Shown here in pieces: positions 49,101 through 61,278 of a stretch of 64,000 bases of DNA. The notes below the pieces were generated by a model that was given only the letters and a program-made list of their open reading frames with translations, had not been told where the DNA came from and did no database searches. The translations under genes were made by a program, and so were the position numbers. Position 1 is the stretch's first letter, and every line of letters begins with the position of its first letter. The stretch is taken from assembly GCA_002269645.1 (NCBI GenBank), contig NIVC01000662.1, positions 1 through 64,000 of the forward strand, written 5' to 3'. The stretch is from Macrostomum lignano. Taxonomy: Eukaryota.

Positions 49101-51188
49101 TCATCAGGCGGAGCTTGTCGCTGAATCCTACCAGCAGGAACAGGCCGGACGGGTGCAGGGCCACGCTGTAGGCCTCCTCAGCGAACTCCTTGTACAGCTC
49201 GCATTGGCTGGGTGGGTTGGGGTGGCGATTTAATACAATTTTTGCTCCTAACTTTAGCTCTGGGCCATTCTCGAGCCCCAGCTACGCGAACTCACTTGGT
49301 CTCAAAGTTCCAAATTCGAACCGAACGATCCACGGAGCAGGTGGCGACCAGCGGTTTTCGCGCGCAGACGTCCAGTCCGAGCACCTGGCTGCTGTGGAAA
49401 CTGTGCGACAGCTGCTCAAATTGAGCATAGTCACCGCCCTGGATTTGCGAAGTTTTTTTAATTGTTATACATTGCTTGTTCAACTTTTAGGCCAGAATTT
49501 TCTTCACCTGCTTCTTACCTTGCCAAGCTCTGACGAGGCCAGGGAGATCTGGTAGATTTGGCCTCGGTCAGTGGCCGCCACCAGGTTTTCCTCAGAGGGA
49601 CTGATGCTGAGCTGAATGATGATCTGCTGCTCCGAAACTGACGGATCTGCGCTAAATGGGTCTGCCGGGATCTGCGCAATAAAGATGTACGGGTTTGCCT
49701 TTGGTTTTTATGCACAAAGACTTTGTATATATTCTGGGATTGGTGGGAGTAGAGAGGAAGCCATCCCGCCCTAGACTGTACATTCTGGGGTTGACGGGAG
49801 TAAAGAGAGAGCCATCCCGCCCTAGACTGTACATTCTGGGGTTGACGGGAGTAAAGAGAAAGCCATCCCGCCCTAGACTGTACATTCTGGGGTTGACGGG
49901 AGTAAAGAGAGAGCCATCCCGCCCTAGACTGTACATTCTGGGGTTGACGGGAGTAAAGAGAGAGCCATCCCGCCCTAGACTGTACATTCTGGGGTTAACG
50001 GGGGTAAAGAGAGAGCCATCCCGCCCTGGACTGTACATTCTGGGGTTGACGGGGGTAGAGAGAAAGCCATCCCACCCTCGACTGTACATTCCAGGCTTGA
50101 TAGGGATAAGACAGAAAGCCAGCCTACATTATGGTACTTTCCGGGTAATGGAACGGGGGGTTCAGCCTTACCCTGATCTCTCTGGCCTTCTTGTAGTACT
50201 CTTTGCCGTCCTCCATGCGCTCGAACAGATGCACCCGGCCGGCGCCGCACGAGACAGCGAAGCCTTTTGAGTAGGCGGCGATGGAGTGCGCCTGGTTGGC
50301 CATCGCGGCGTTGAGATCGGACTCGCGGTCGCCGGACTCACTGGCCGACTCGGCCATGGTGAACTCGGCTCGCTGCTCGCCGTTCTCCATCAGCACCCAC
50401 TTGCCGCTGTCTGTGCCGGCAACAATTCTCTCGTCCGACACCCAGCAGTGGCTGACGAAATTCTGCGGCTCAGTTTTTGACACGGCGAACTGTTTGAGAT
50501 TGTTCTCGGAGTAGCGGTACAGCTTGAAGGTGCCGTTGCCAACAACGGACACCTGGGTGCTGTCTTGCGGGTTGAAAGCAATCTGGAAAGTTTTTTTATG
50601 GACCGAAATCAATCATTTTTTCACGTAGAAGTCTAGGCTCAATCAAGGGTGTCTGTTGACCTTCTGTGACCTCTTAATCTCTATTGGCGCACTGTGACTC
50701 ACCTGATTAACAGAAGCGTGCGGCGTCACCTGCACGTTGAGCGATTTGACAATGGCGAGCTGCTTGTTTTTCTCCCAGCTCCAGTAGACCAGGTGATAGT
50801 CCGGCTTGCCAGACTGCCCGGCCAGGTACTTTGAGTCAGGCGAGAAGGCCACGCTCATATAGTCTCCGGAGGCCACCTCGGCCGAGCTCACCGTCTTCTT
50901 CTTCTTGGTTGTCTGCACGTCGTAGACGTGAATCAGCGGCTTTTCCTCGGCTCTGGCCGCTTCGGCTACGGCGACGAATCGCCGATTGGGCGACACGGCC
51001 ATGGCGGTGATGCCGGCGCATTTCTCCGACAGCGAGATAAATCTCTGAGTCTTCTGGTCGACATTGTGCAGCACGATGCTGTTACCGCACGGATAGACCA
51101 CCGTCTGCTCGTCCACAAAGTAGATGTTCCCGGCGACTCCGGTGCGCAGGCCGAAGGCGTGCCTCAGCTGGATACCGGCGATTGACAT
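46123..51188 (-). CDS. CFAP57: Cilia- and flagella-associated protein 57 (WDR65): WD40 repeats plus long coiled coil, 8 exons, ~1221 aa after correcting a 1-nt frameshift
   Basis: Exons 51188-50703, 50582-50172, 49671-49519, 49438-49296, 49207-49042, 48899-47047, 46959-46816, 46431-46123 with GT-AG. Motifs [64 protein letters not shown] and [25 protein letters not shown]. Exon 6 is 1853 nt (one short of 618 codons) at CAG GA ATG (47299-47300). Confidence 0.93.
46558..46760. repeat. 17-bp minisatellite (CACTCCGCCAACCACCT) in CFAP57 intron 7
   Basis: About 10 imperfect copies. Confidence 0.85.
49725..50100. repeat. 51-bp minisatellite (CTAGACTGTACATTCTGGGGTTGACGGGAGTAAAGAGAGAGCCATCCCGCC) in CFAP57 intron 2
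   Basis: About 7 copies. Confidence 0.93.
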
Positions 51189-54100
51189 GGTGGCTGGTTG
51201 CCTGACTGCTTGAGCATGCATAATAATTATTATATAGGCTATTTAGAAGCAAAGACAAAGATATGCTTTATTTTTCTTAATTAAAAAATTAGAAGGATAA
51301 AAAGACACTTATAGGAATTGTCTTTTTAAATTAAAAATATTTACAAGCTTATGGCTTCTTAGACCTTGAAAATTGTGTTTTAAATCTGACTATCATTTTC
51401 ATCGATTCTGGTTAAATTCAGATTTGTTTACAAATTTAAAAAATGTCAATTTGACCTAAAATCATTAGAGCAAAGTATAAAAGTTAACCATATCATTTGA
51501 TTCAAAATCCTTCCTTCCTATATACTAAAACTTTAAACAGCTTGAAACCAATACACTAGATTTTGGCATGTGTCTGATAATCGAAAATTACCTTACAGAG
51601 TATAATTTAAAGGGCTAAAGTTGCAATATACAATCCTGTAAATGACCTGATAAGTTGAGTCTATTTTTGCACATTCAAAGTTTATTAGTCAACTCTGATT
51701 TGATTCGTGCAATAGTATTAGTTAGTTTACCAATTATATGATAATTTTATAATTTACTAACAAAAACATCAATTTATATGCTAGAACCTACAAAAAGATG
51801 CTATGTCGAAATACAAATATGAATATAGTCTAAAAAGCTCTAGTCTAATATTTTTTTAATTAAGAAGTGAAATAATTATATGCACAATAATGTAATATAC
51901 AAATATTTTGGCAGCTTTTTCCTAGTTTAAAAGTACCCAGTTTCCTAGTTTCTCCTAGTACTTCAAAAGTAGGAAGTGGGAAGGCAAGATGGATACCATA
52001 CATTTAGTTCTTCAAATACGCTCGTATATAGCTCGTTCTCGTTCAATGTTTCACTTGATTATTTTATATTGAAGCCCAAAAGGGACTCAAATGAATCTTA
52101 CTAATCTTTCAAAAGTTATATATTCGCAGCATATACGAAGCATGTTAAATAATTTGTAGTTATTATTTCGTAGGTTCAATTTTTTATTGTACTGTAGATA
52201 CTCCTGTTGTCAACAGAAACTAGCAAAAAAATTATTTTTCTCACTGAAGCTTTTATTATTAGTCTTTATTTGTTTATTTATTTTTCTTTTACAAAACCTA
52301 TAAAGATGCTTTGTTGCAAGATTAATGAGTTTTGTTATATCGTTTAAATTTTTATAAAAAGAAAACCGTGAAAGTGCAAGCAAGAGTTGTTGTTAATATT
52401 TATCGAGATAGAAAATCTATGCATGTTTTAAATTGCTTTTTTCAGCTGTGAGATCAGCGAGACAGTCAGGTTGCTTGTTGATCGACTGCTCGATTCTCTG
52501 CCTTGCATCTTTTATTGGACTTATTTGCATTGTACATGTACGAGTATAACGTTCAGCTGTACAGCTACACGTACGTCACGGACTACTAGATATTTGGGGG
52601 ATGAGGACCTAATGAGGGCTTATTCATTGAAGGCAACATCTTTTTCTGTCAAAAAATGATTAGAAAAGTTTCTAAGTACGGGGTAAAAGTTCTATATTTT
52701 AAATCTGATTGAAGACGAAAATTAGCTGGGAATCGTACCTGAATTCATTGTTGGATAATTGAGCGAGGTTTTTTCGATTTGTTGCATACATATATTTGAC
52801 ATGAATATTTTTTGTCACGTTCCAACTGGAACAAATTATTACTTGATTATCACACGCGATTAAAGAATATAAGCAAGAAATCAGGGGCACAGGGATCGAA
52901 GGGGGTTGGGGAATGTATATCCTCCCGAACAGCCTAAAAAATTTGAAGTATGTTATTCTAGTACAAGCATTTTCAATCCCTAGGGGCGTCCTATCCCCCG
53001 AGAGGAAAATTTCTGGTGGCCTAGCTAAATCCCCCAGAAGAATTAAGATTTCTGGCTACGCGCCAGCTGCAAGGATCTAGTTGATAGCTTGCTATAAATT
53101 TGAGTTTGAGTTGAATTAAGCCGCTGTATTGATCGACATTCATAAAAACGAATTAGTACAACAAGCAGAACATCAAAAGCGAAAAGCGTAATATAGAAAA
53201 ATTTAGTCGGACACAGCTGCAGCACATTAAAACAAGTTTACAGATTTAGGAAAACAAAATGCCTAATTTCCAAAAGCGATGAAGCCTGCTTTGTGCGACA
53301 CATGTACAGCTATTGCGTCTGCAGATATGATTCGAAAAGCTGTGGAAAAATCATTTTGAATGAATTTTACGGCTCATATTTATTCACAACGATTATCAAA
53401 AAGCAATTAGCTATTTTGTAATGAAATGAGCTAAAATTAAAAAGGAGCATTGTGCAACACCAATTGCAGTAGAATAAGAAATAGGTTAAATTTTCCAACG
53501 AACATTTATAGTAATAAATAATATAAACAACAGATGATGCACGGCCGCATATACAGTGTATAAATTAACGTATTGAACAAAAATAACGAAAATGTTTGTA
53601 TTGAATTGGAATTGGCAGAAGAGCAATCTGGAACCAACAACTTTACCTATAAATACAAATAGTTTTATTCAGAATTTAGAATAAGAAACTTACTTTGATT
53701 CAATTACGAGAAAATTATATTGAGTTATAACAAATTAAAAACTGACTTTTGAATGTTTTTTTCGGCTTTAATCTGTAAGCGAATCTATTTGAATGACTAA
53801 ACACTTATGTGGCGGCAAATAAAAAATAACCATTATTCATTGATCAGTACCTTGATGATTACTATTCATTAAAACACGTTTTTTTTATGTTTTATACCTA
53901 TTTTTGAGATGGGGTAAAAATGGCGAAATTTATTGGCATAAAAACTTTGTGACATTTCCTTTGCGATGATACAATTTAGCTGTTTGTGCCCTTGGTCTAC
54001 GATGTACATCATTCTCTATGTACAAAGCTGGCTTGCTTGCGTACATTTAACTGATGGCAGCCCACTCTCTCCATCCACCCAATGTACGAGAGTGGTACAA

Positions 54101-54477
54101 TACATTCTTGCCTTCCTAGATCAAGCCTAAAATTTTCCATCGTTGATTGGCTAACCAGCTAGGGGGAATCCCAGAAAAATTTCTAATTAGAGAAAATCGA
54201 TAATCGAGATTTTCAGTGTCTATAAAAAACGGATTTTTTACTCTAACAATTAATATAGTAAATATTTGATTATTTAATTTCACATCGATTCATCTGGATT
54301 CCTTATCTAGCATCAGCTTATTTGATAAACCGATTTTTTTGTTGTTTCAACACATGCTAAACAAACGTCTTCAGTTATAGTCTTCAGTAGGTTGGAATTC
54401 CGGGAATACCGCGCATTGATGGTCAACTTTAAACATTGCATCGCATGGAGAAGCATTCACGGTTGCCAGCAAGTTGA

Positions 54478-57400
54478 TCAGGGATAAGCAACCTGCTGCT
54501 GCCAACCAGCCGAGTAATAGGGAAGCACAGTGCCGGTAAACAGGTGCTCCTGGTGATACTGCAGGTGCTGGTGCTCATGCTGGTACTGCTGCTGCTGCTG
54601 CTGCTGAACATCTGGGAACTGCTGGTATCCGTCAGTTGCATGGCAGCTTGAGTAGCGAGCTCGCATCTGCTCATAGTACTGCTGATAGGCCTCCGCTGAA
54701 AATTGAAATTTACGTGCATAATTTTCTACAGCTAATAAATATTATTGAAGACCATTCGCACAATAAAACAGCACACTGCAGGAGACTGCAGGAGTCAGGA
54801 TCTATAGGGTATTGTTAGAGACCCAGAAACTCATGAGACCTTTGTAAATACCCTGTAGGGACCCTTGTAAATACCCTGCAGGGACCCTTGTAAATGCCCG
54901 CTAGAGATCCCTGTAAATACCCCTGCAGAGACACCCAGGCACATTTTAGAAAACTTTGTAGCTCGTAAATACCCTATAGAGACCCTTGTATCTCTTCAAC
55001 GATGGACTGCAATATACAACAGCAAGTGCAGTGGACCCCCTTAACTCTACAGCTGCAGCCTGTCAATCAGCACCTGTTCGGTGACACTCACGCGCATTAG
55101 CCGGGCAGCTGTAGGCCAGCTCCGCCCAGGACGGGTTGGCCATCCCTGTGCCCGGAGACAGCCCTGATGAGGGCGCGGCCAGAGCTGCATCCTCCCCGAA
55201 CTGATCGAGGTACGGAGCGGCATTCATGTGGATGGCCGGCTGCTCCTGCGGCTGGTACACCGAGGCCACGGCTGCCTGCATCGCTGTCATCTGGTACTCG
55301 GATGACAGACTGGCGTTGCCTGTGGAGTTTGATAGAAGGCAGGTGTGGTGGGTTGGCCTGTGCTGTATAGTATCCCTGGTGGCCAGCTGCGATTGCATCT
55401 GAGGGCACCGGGGGCTTTAGTACCAGGGACTTACACCATGGGCTTTAGCACCAGGGGCTTTAGCACCAGGGACTTTAGCACCAGGGGCTTTAGCACCAGG
55501 GGCTTTAGCACCAGGGGCTTTAGCACAAGGGGCTTTAGCACCAGGGGCTTTAGCACAAGGGGCTTTAGCACCAGGGGCTTTAGCACCAGGGGCTTTAGCA
55601 CCAGTGGCTTTAGCACCAGGGGCTTTAGCACCAGCGCTTAAATGCCATTAACCTGTGAAACAGCCTCGTGCAGAGCACATCTCTGGACTAGAGTGATCCT
55701 TACTATGCTACTGACAAGCAAACAGTAGAATGTTCAACATTTGCCGAAATCAAGTTTCATCAGCTCTCACCGGCATCGGTGCTGGAGCCTTCAAACGATT
55801 CGTTAGATTCCGTTTTCACCGCTGCCCCTTCGTTCACCTCGCCATCGTGGGGCAGGTGTTGCAGAAACTCCTGGTGGTGCTGCTCATGCTGAAGCAACTG
55901 CTGCTGCTGCTGCTGATGCTGCTGCTGCTGGCAATGGTAGAACATCTGGCGGGGCTCAAATAGTTTGCTTTCGTCTTTGAGCAAGATCTGATGCTGCTGC
56001 TGCAAGGCCAGGGTTTGCTCGCGCAGAGTTTTGTCGTTGGATTTGCGCAGGGCAATGAGCTCACACTTCTCGCAGATGCAGTTGGCGAACGGGCAGGTCT
56101 TCTTGTGGCCCTTCCACAGCTGCATCTTGTTGTGGTTGCGGCAGCGGCGGCAGTGCGGGAAGTCGCCTGCAGTTCGGGTTTCGGTTAGCCATTCACTCAA
56201 TTCACATTCTTTGCTGGTCAGCCATTCACCCAATTCACATTCTTTGCTGGTCAGCCATTCACCCAATTCACATTCTTTGCTGGTTAGCCATCACCCAATT
56301 CACATTCTTTGCTGGTCAGCCATTCACCCAATTCACATTCGTTGCTGGTTAGCTATTCACTCAATTCACATTCTTTGCTGGTCAGCAATTCACCCAATTC
56401 ACATTCTTTGCTGGTCAGCAATTCACCCAATTCACATTCTTTGCTGGTCAGCCATTCACCCAATTCACATTCTTTGCTGGTCAGCAATTCACCCAATTCA
56501 CATTTTTTGCTGGTCAGCCATTCACCCAATTCACATTCTTTGCTGGTCAGCAATTCACCCAATTCACATTCTTTGCTGGTTAGCCATTCACCCAATTCAC
56601 ATTCTTTGCTGGTTAGCCATTCACTCAATTCACATTCTTTGCTGGTTAGCCATTCACCCAATTCACATCCTTTGCTGGTCAGCCATTCACCCAATTCACA
56701 TTCTTTGCTGGTTAGCCATTCACCCAATTCACATCCTTTGCTGGTCAGCAATTCACCCAATTCACATTCGTTGCTGGTTAGCTATTCACTCAATTCACAT
56801 TCTTTGCTGGTCAGCAATTCACCCAATTCACATTCTTTGCTGGTCAGCAATTCACCCAATTCACATTCTTTGCTGGTCAGCCATTCACCCAATTCACATT
56901 CTTTGCTGGTCAGCAATTCACCCAATTCACATTTTTTGCTGGTCAGCCATTCACCCAATTCACATTCTTTGCTGGTCAGCAATTCACCCAATTCACATTT
57001 TTTGCTGGTCAGCCATTCACCCAATTCACATTCTTTGCTGGTCAGCAATTCACCCAATTCACATTCTTTGCTGGTTAGCCATTCACCCAATTCACATTCT
57101 TTGCTGGTTAGCCATTCACTCAATTCACATTCTTTGCTGGTTAGCCATTCACCCAATTCACATCCTTTGCTGGTCAGCCATTCACCCAATTCACATTCTT
57201 TGCTGGTTAGCCATTCACCCAATTCACATCCTTTGCTGGTCAGCCATTCACCCAATTCACATTCTTTGCTGGTTAGCCATTCACCCAATTCACATTCTTT
57301 GCTGGTTAGCCATTCACCCAATTCACATTCTTTGCTGGTCAGCCATTCACCCAATTCACATTCTTTGCTGGTTAGCCATTCACCCAATTCACATCCTTTG

Positions 57401-60400
57401 CTGGTTAGCCATTCACCCAATTCACATCCTTTGCTGGTCAGCCATTCACCCAATTCACATTCCTGGCTTAGTCAGCCAATCATCCAATTCACATTCTGTG
57501 ATGGGCAGTTATTCACCCAATCCATAGTGAATGACGGTCTTTCATTCACCCATTTACAACGAATACTCACTCACCAATTAAAACCACTTTGCCTTTGGCT
57601 TGCTCTAAAATGTCTTCTGAGCGCTGTTTCCTGTAATTGCTAATCTGCTTGGCAACAATTTGCCTGCCGTGATCGACCAGCATGCACTTGGGGCAGTTGC
57701 AGTCCTTGTACTGGCATTGACGCTTGTGGCCTTTGACGCTGATGCAGATGCCGTGGCTCTTGCATTTGCGGCAGAAGTACTGCTTCCGGTTGGCGGCTCC
57801 CGCGACACTGGATGCGGCACTGCTGCCGGACTTCTTGCTGGATGAGGAAAACGAGGATGCTGTGCTGATTGGTTGATGGTGGTTGCAATAATCAATGAAT
57901 AACCAACTATCAAGCTTGTATGTTGGGGTGATTCTCATCAATAGCACTGATTCTCATCAATAGCACTGATTCTCCTCAATAGCACTGATTCTCATCAATA
58001 GCACTGATTCTCCTCAATAGCACTGATTCTCATCAATAGCACTGATTCTCATCAATAGCACTGATTCTCATCAACAGCACTGATTCTCCTCAATAGCACT
58101 GATTCTCATCGATAGCACTGATTCTCATCAACAGCACTGATTCTCATCAATAGCACTGATTCTCATCAATAGCACTGATTCTCATCAATAGCATTGATTC
58201 TTATCAACAGCACTGATTCTCATCAACAGCACTGATTCTTATCAACAGCACTGATTCTTATCAACAGCACTGATTCTCATCAACAGCACTGATTCTCATC
58301 AATAGCACTGATTCTCATCAACAGCACTGATTCTCATCAATAGCACTGATTCTCATCAACAGCACTGATTCTCATCAATAGCACTGATTCTCATCAACAG
58401 CACTGATTCGATTCTCATCAATAGCACTGATTCTCATCAACAGCACTGATTCTCATCAACAGCACTGATTCTCATCAACAGCACTGATTCTCATCAATAG
58501 CACTGATTCTCATCAATAGCACTGATTCTCATCAATAGCACTGTTTATCAACAAATACACATTCAATTAATCATAATTTTACTTTTTTTTAAAAAATAGC
58601 TTCTGCTTTGAGATTTCATTAAAGCTTGAAACTGCTTGGAATGAAACGCAATGCCATCAGGATAAGCCATCCCAGGCACGCTACAGCACAACTCTCTCTG
58701 TTCATATTTCCTGTAAAAGGGAAACTTAATTGTTTTAAACCTGTGGAGCTCGCACGTGTCAGTCAGCAGTTTAAAACTGCGAGCTCCAATTTGTCTGACC
58801 GTAAGGATTAACTCTGTTTTTGCAACAGCAAATTCGATTGTTTGGGCTTTGATATTGATGTTGGTCTTTCATAAATCTCTCTGTGATCTCAGCAATCCGC
58901 TTTGACCCCGAGGGCACGCCTGGCCGTTTTCTGGGGGATCATTCTGCAGGGAAAGGGGAACAGTCAGCCAGTGCGCCCCCAAGCCCAGCTGTTGAGAGGA
59001 TATTTTCCCTTAGACAGGTGTCTCAGTGTCAGAGCATAAAAGTGAACTCTATAATCAGATTAACATCTATGTAGTTATTTATACAATAGTGTTCTGTCTA
59101 CCATCATAGAACCCTATAGCGTGTATATCCTGCAGTGAAAAAGCATGTCGGCAAAAAATTAATGATTTATTGCCCTTGTGAGTCTAAATTTACAGTATGG
59201 TTTTCGGGTGCAGTGACTTCTATGGCCATCCATTGTCACACGCTAACATGCAGGCTATTTAATAACTTTGAGACTGGTCACTCATTTTTATGCTGAATAG
59301 ACAAATTTTCCCGAATCACAGCAATACATTTTACTCTAGACTCCTAGAGCAGGGGTCGGGCAATTACAGCCTACGAAGCCTCCCTATCCGGCCCTCGGGT
59401 CCTTTGAAACTTCACAATAGCAATCGCAATAGAAAGTGTGTCTCTTCTCAGCTCTCTTACCTCCTCTCTCTTCTAATCTCCTGTCTCTTATTTCCTATGC
59501 TCTTTTCTCTCTCCTCTATTTCATCTCTATTCTCGTATGGCATTAGCCAGGTTCTTTATCTGGCCCTTGAGGTACAATAGAAAAAGTTCAAAGGGGGGCC
59601 GTAGCCCAGTGGTCTAGGGCGGCGCTCTGATTTACCAGCGACTCAGGCTCGATTCCCAGTGCAGTCACCATTAATTTGCGGATAAATTGGAATCTCGGCT
59701 TGGCTCTGCTCGTGCAATTAACGGCCTTGAGGCCCAGCCCCAAGACACAGTGAAGTGTACATGATAAATAAAGTTAGGGCCGCTGTACACCCCTGTGTGT
59801 GCGTGTGACTGCGTACGTATCCGCGCGCTTGTGTGCCTGCTCAGGGGAGTCGGCGGAATGGGCAGTAATGCCTCTCGCCGGTTTTGTGACAATGTCCTTA
59901 AAGTTTATGTATGAAAACCGTGACAAAAAGATAAAAAACTGCATTATGAATCATAAATCATGCGCGACAGGAAACCGAGGTTTGGCTGGGGGCTTGTCAG
60001 AAAAGCAAAGAAACAAATACAGGTGCAACAATTCCCGTTTTTCCTCACATTAATGACCCGCAGGCATGCAGGGCGACATTCGATATTCATCTTCCAACCT
60101 GGCCAGCCACATTGTTGGGGAAATAACATGCTAAATTGGCGACGCAGGTAAGACGCTTTGACCACTTTGCTGAGCAATTTCTTTTAGTTTCTGGCGACAT
60201 TCAATACTTTGCAGCCATATAGAGTTCAGGTTTTGTGCCTATACCTTGCAGTATGGCTTGTTATGATTCCTGATTTACCCTCCCACCATAATTATAGCAG
60301 TGCCTGTGTGCAGCATTTCCCCGATTATATACAATGAATCAGGAGTGAGATGCATTGTTAAAGTACAGTGGCTTGACTTTGTAATGGCGGTGCTGTTTGG

Positions 60401-61278
60401 ACAGTTTCTACGGGCAGGGGCGGATGAAAGGGCGGATAGCTCAAGGGTTTATCCTATGGGTAGGGGCGGATGAAAGGGCGGATACCTCAAGGGTTTCCTA
60501 TGGGTAAGGGCGGATGAAAGGGCGGATACCTCAAGGGTTTCCTATGGGTAGGGGCGGATGAAAGGGCGGATAAATCAAGGGTTTCCTATGGGTAGGGGCG
60601 GATGAAAGGGCGGATAAATCAAGGGTTTCCTATGGGTAGGGGCGGATGAAAGGGCGGATACCTCAAGGGTTTCCTATGGGTAGGGGCGGATGAAAGGGCG
60701 GATACCTCAAGGGTTTCCCATGGTAGGGGCGGATAGCTCAAGGGTTTCCCATGGTAGGGGCGGATAGCTCAAGAGTTTCCCATGGTAGGGGCGGATCGCT
60801 CAAGATGTTTCCCATGGTAGGGGCGGATAGCTCAAGAGTTTCCCATGATAGGGGCGGATAGCTCAAGGGTTTCCCATGGTAGGGGCGGATAGCTCAAGAG
60901 TTTCCCATGGTAGGGGCGGATCGCTCAAGATGTTTCCCATGGTAGGGGCGGATAGCTCAAGGGTTTCCCATGGTAGGGGCGGATAGCTCAAGAGTTTCCC
61001 ATGGTAGGGGCGGATAGCTCAAGAGTTTCCCATGGTAGGGGCGGATAGCTCAAGAGTTTCCCATGGTAGGGGCGGATAGCTCAAGAGTTTCCCATGGTAG
61101 GGGCGGATCGCTCAAGGGTTTCCCATGGTAGGGGCGGATCGCTCAAGAGTTTCCCATGGTATAGACTAGCCAGCATCAGGCGGAGACAACGCTGGAAGAC
61201 TTACCCAACGAGATGGTTGGTGGCAATGAAGCTTCTCGAATCGGCGGCTCCCAACGATTTGAAACCGGTTTCCTCCAT
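54478..61278 (-). CDS. DMRT: Doublesex/mab-3-related (DMRT/dmd) transcription factor with two tandem DM zinc-finger domains and a Q/Y/H-rich C-terminus, 5 exons, ~401 aa
   Basis: Exons 61278-61205 (MEETGFKS..., donor GG|GTAAGT, phase 2), 57864-57575 (DM1), 56166-55771 (DM2), 55319-55092 and 54695-54478 sum to 1206 nt in frame. Both domains fit C-x2-C-x2-H-x8-H-x3-C-x4-C-x-C-x2-C. The exon 4 start is uncertain (55319 or 55398) and the symbol is family-level only. Confidence 0.88.
54835..54990. repeat. Degenerate ~23-bp array (GACCCTTGTAAATACCCTG) in DMRT intron 4
   Basis: About 5-6 diverged copies. Confidence 0.65.
55407..55637. repeat. 15-bp minisatellite (GGGGCTTTAGCACCA) in DMRT intron 3
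   Basis: About 14 copies, homogeneous centre and degenerate left edge. Confidence 0.95.
56183..57495. repeat. 33-bp minisatellite (AGCCATTCACCCAATTCACATTCTTTGCTGGTC) filling DMRT intron 2, between the two DM exons
   Basis: About 39 copies ending ~16 nt from the acceptor. Confidence 0.97.
57933..58545. repeat. 19-bp minisatellite (AAYAGCACTGATTCTCATC) near the 3' end of DMRT intron 1
   Basis: About 32 copies. Confidence 0.96.
59350..59588 (+). mobile_element. Probable hAT (Charlie-like) non-autonomous element, right end interrupted by a SINE
   Basis: Starts CAGGGGTCGGGCAATTACAGCC...ATCCGGCCC, resembling Charlie-type termini, and ends GGCCCTTGAGG...AAAAAGTT just before the SINE. The internal part has an inverted homolog at ~63295-63420. 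Confidence 0.45.
59593..59903 (+). mobile_element. tRNA-derived SINE, family A copy 2 (in DMRT intron 1)
   Basis: GGGGGGCCGTAGCCCAGTGGTCTAGG...GGCTCGATTCCCAGTGC head and a body homologous to 1786-2128. Confidence 0.8.
60412..61160. repeat. Composite G-rich minisatellite: 44-bp unit switching to a 31-bp unit (GGTAGGGGCGGATAGCTCAAGAGTTTCCCAT), 5' end of DMRT intron 1
   Basis: About 7 copies of the 44-mer, then about 14 copies of the 31-mer; ends ~45 nt from the donor at 61204. Confidence 0.93.

Noticed and set aside
52882-53069. CAGGGGC...CTGGCTACGCGCCAGCTG segment resembling a small hAT-type MITE; similar relics near 15.7-16.0 and 16.2-16.6 kb
   Set aside because: Termini are too degenerate to pair convincingly and no target-site duplication is visible.
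57865-57947. DMRT start codon supplied by the 19-bp repeat (MLLMRITPTY...)
   Set aside because: A good acceptor at 57865 joins in the correct phase to an upstream ATG exon (61278-61205) with a perfect GTAAGT donor, which is the better model.
60128-60153. Plus-strand ATGCTAAATTGGCGACGCAG|GTAAGA as the first exon of another gene
   Set aside because: Isolated donor-like motif antisense within DMRT intron 1 with no downstream exon found.
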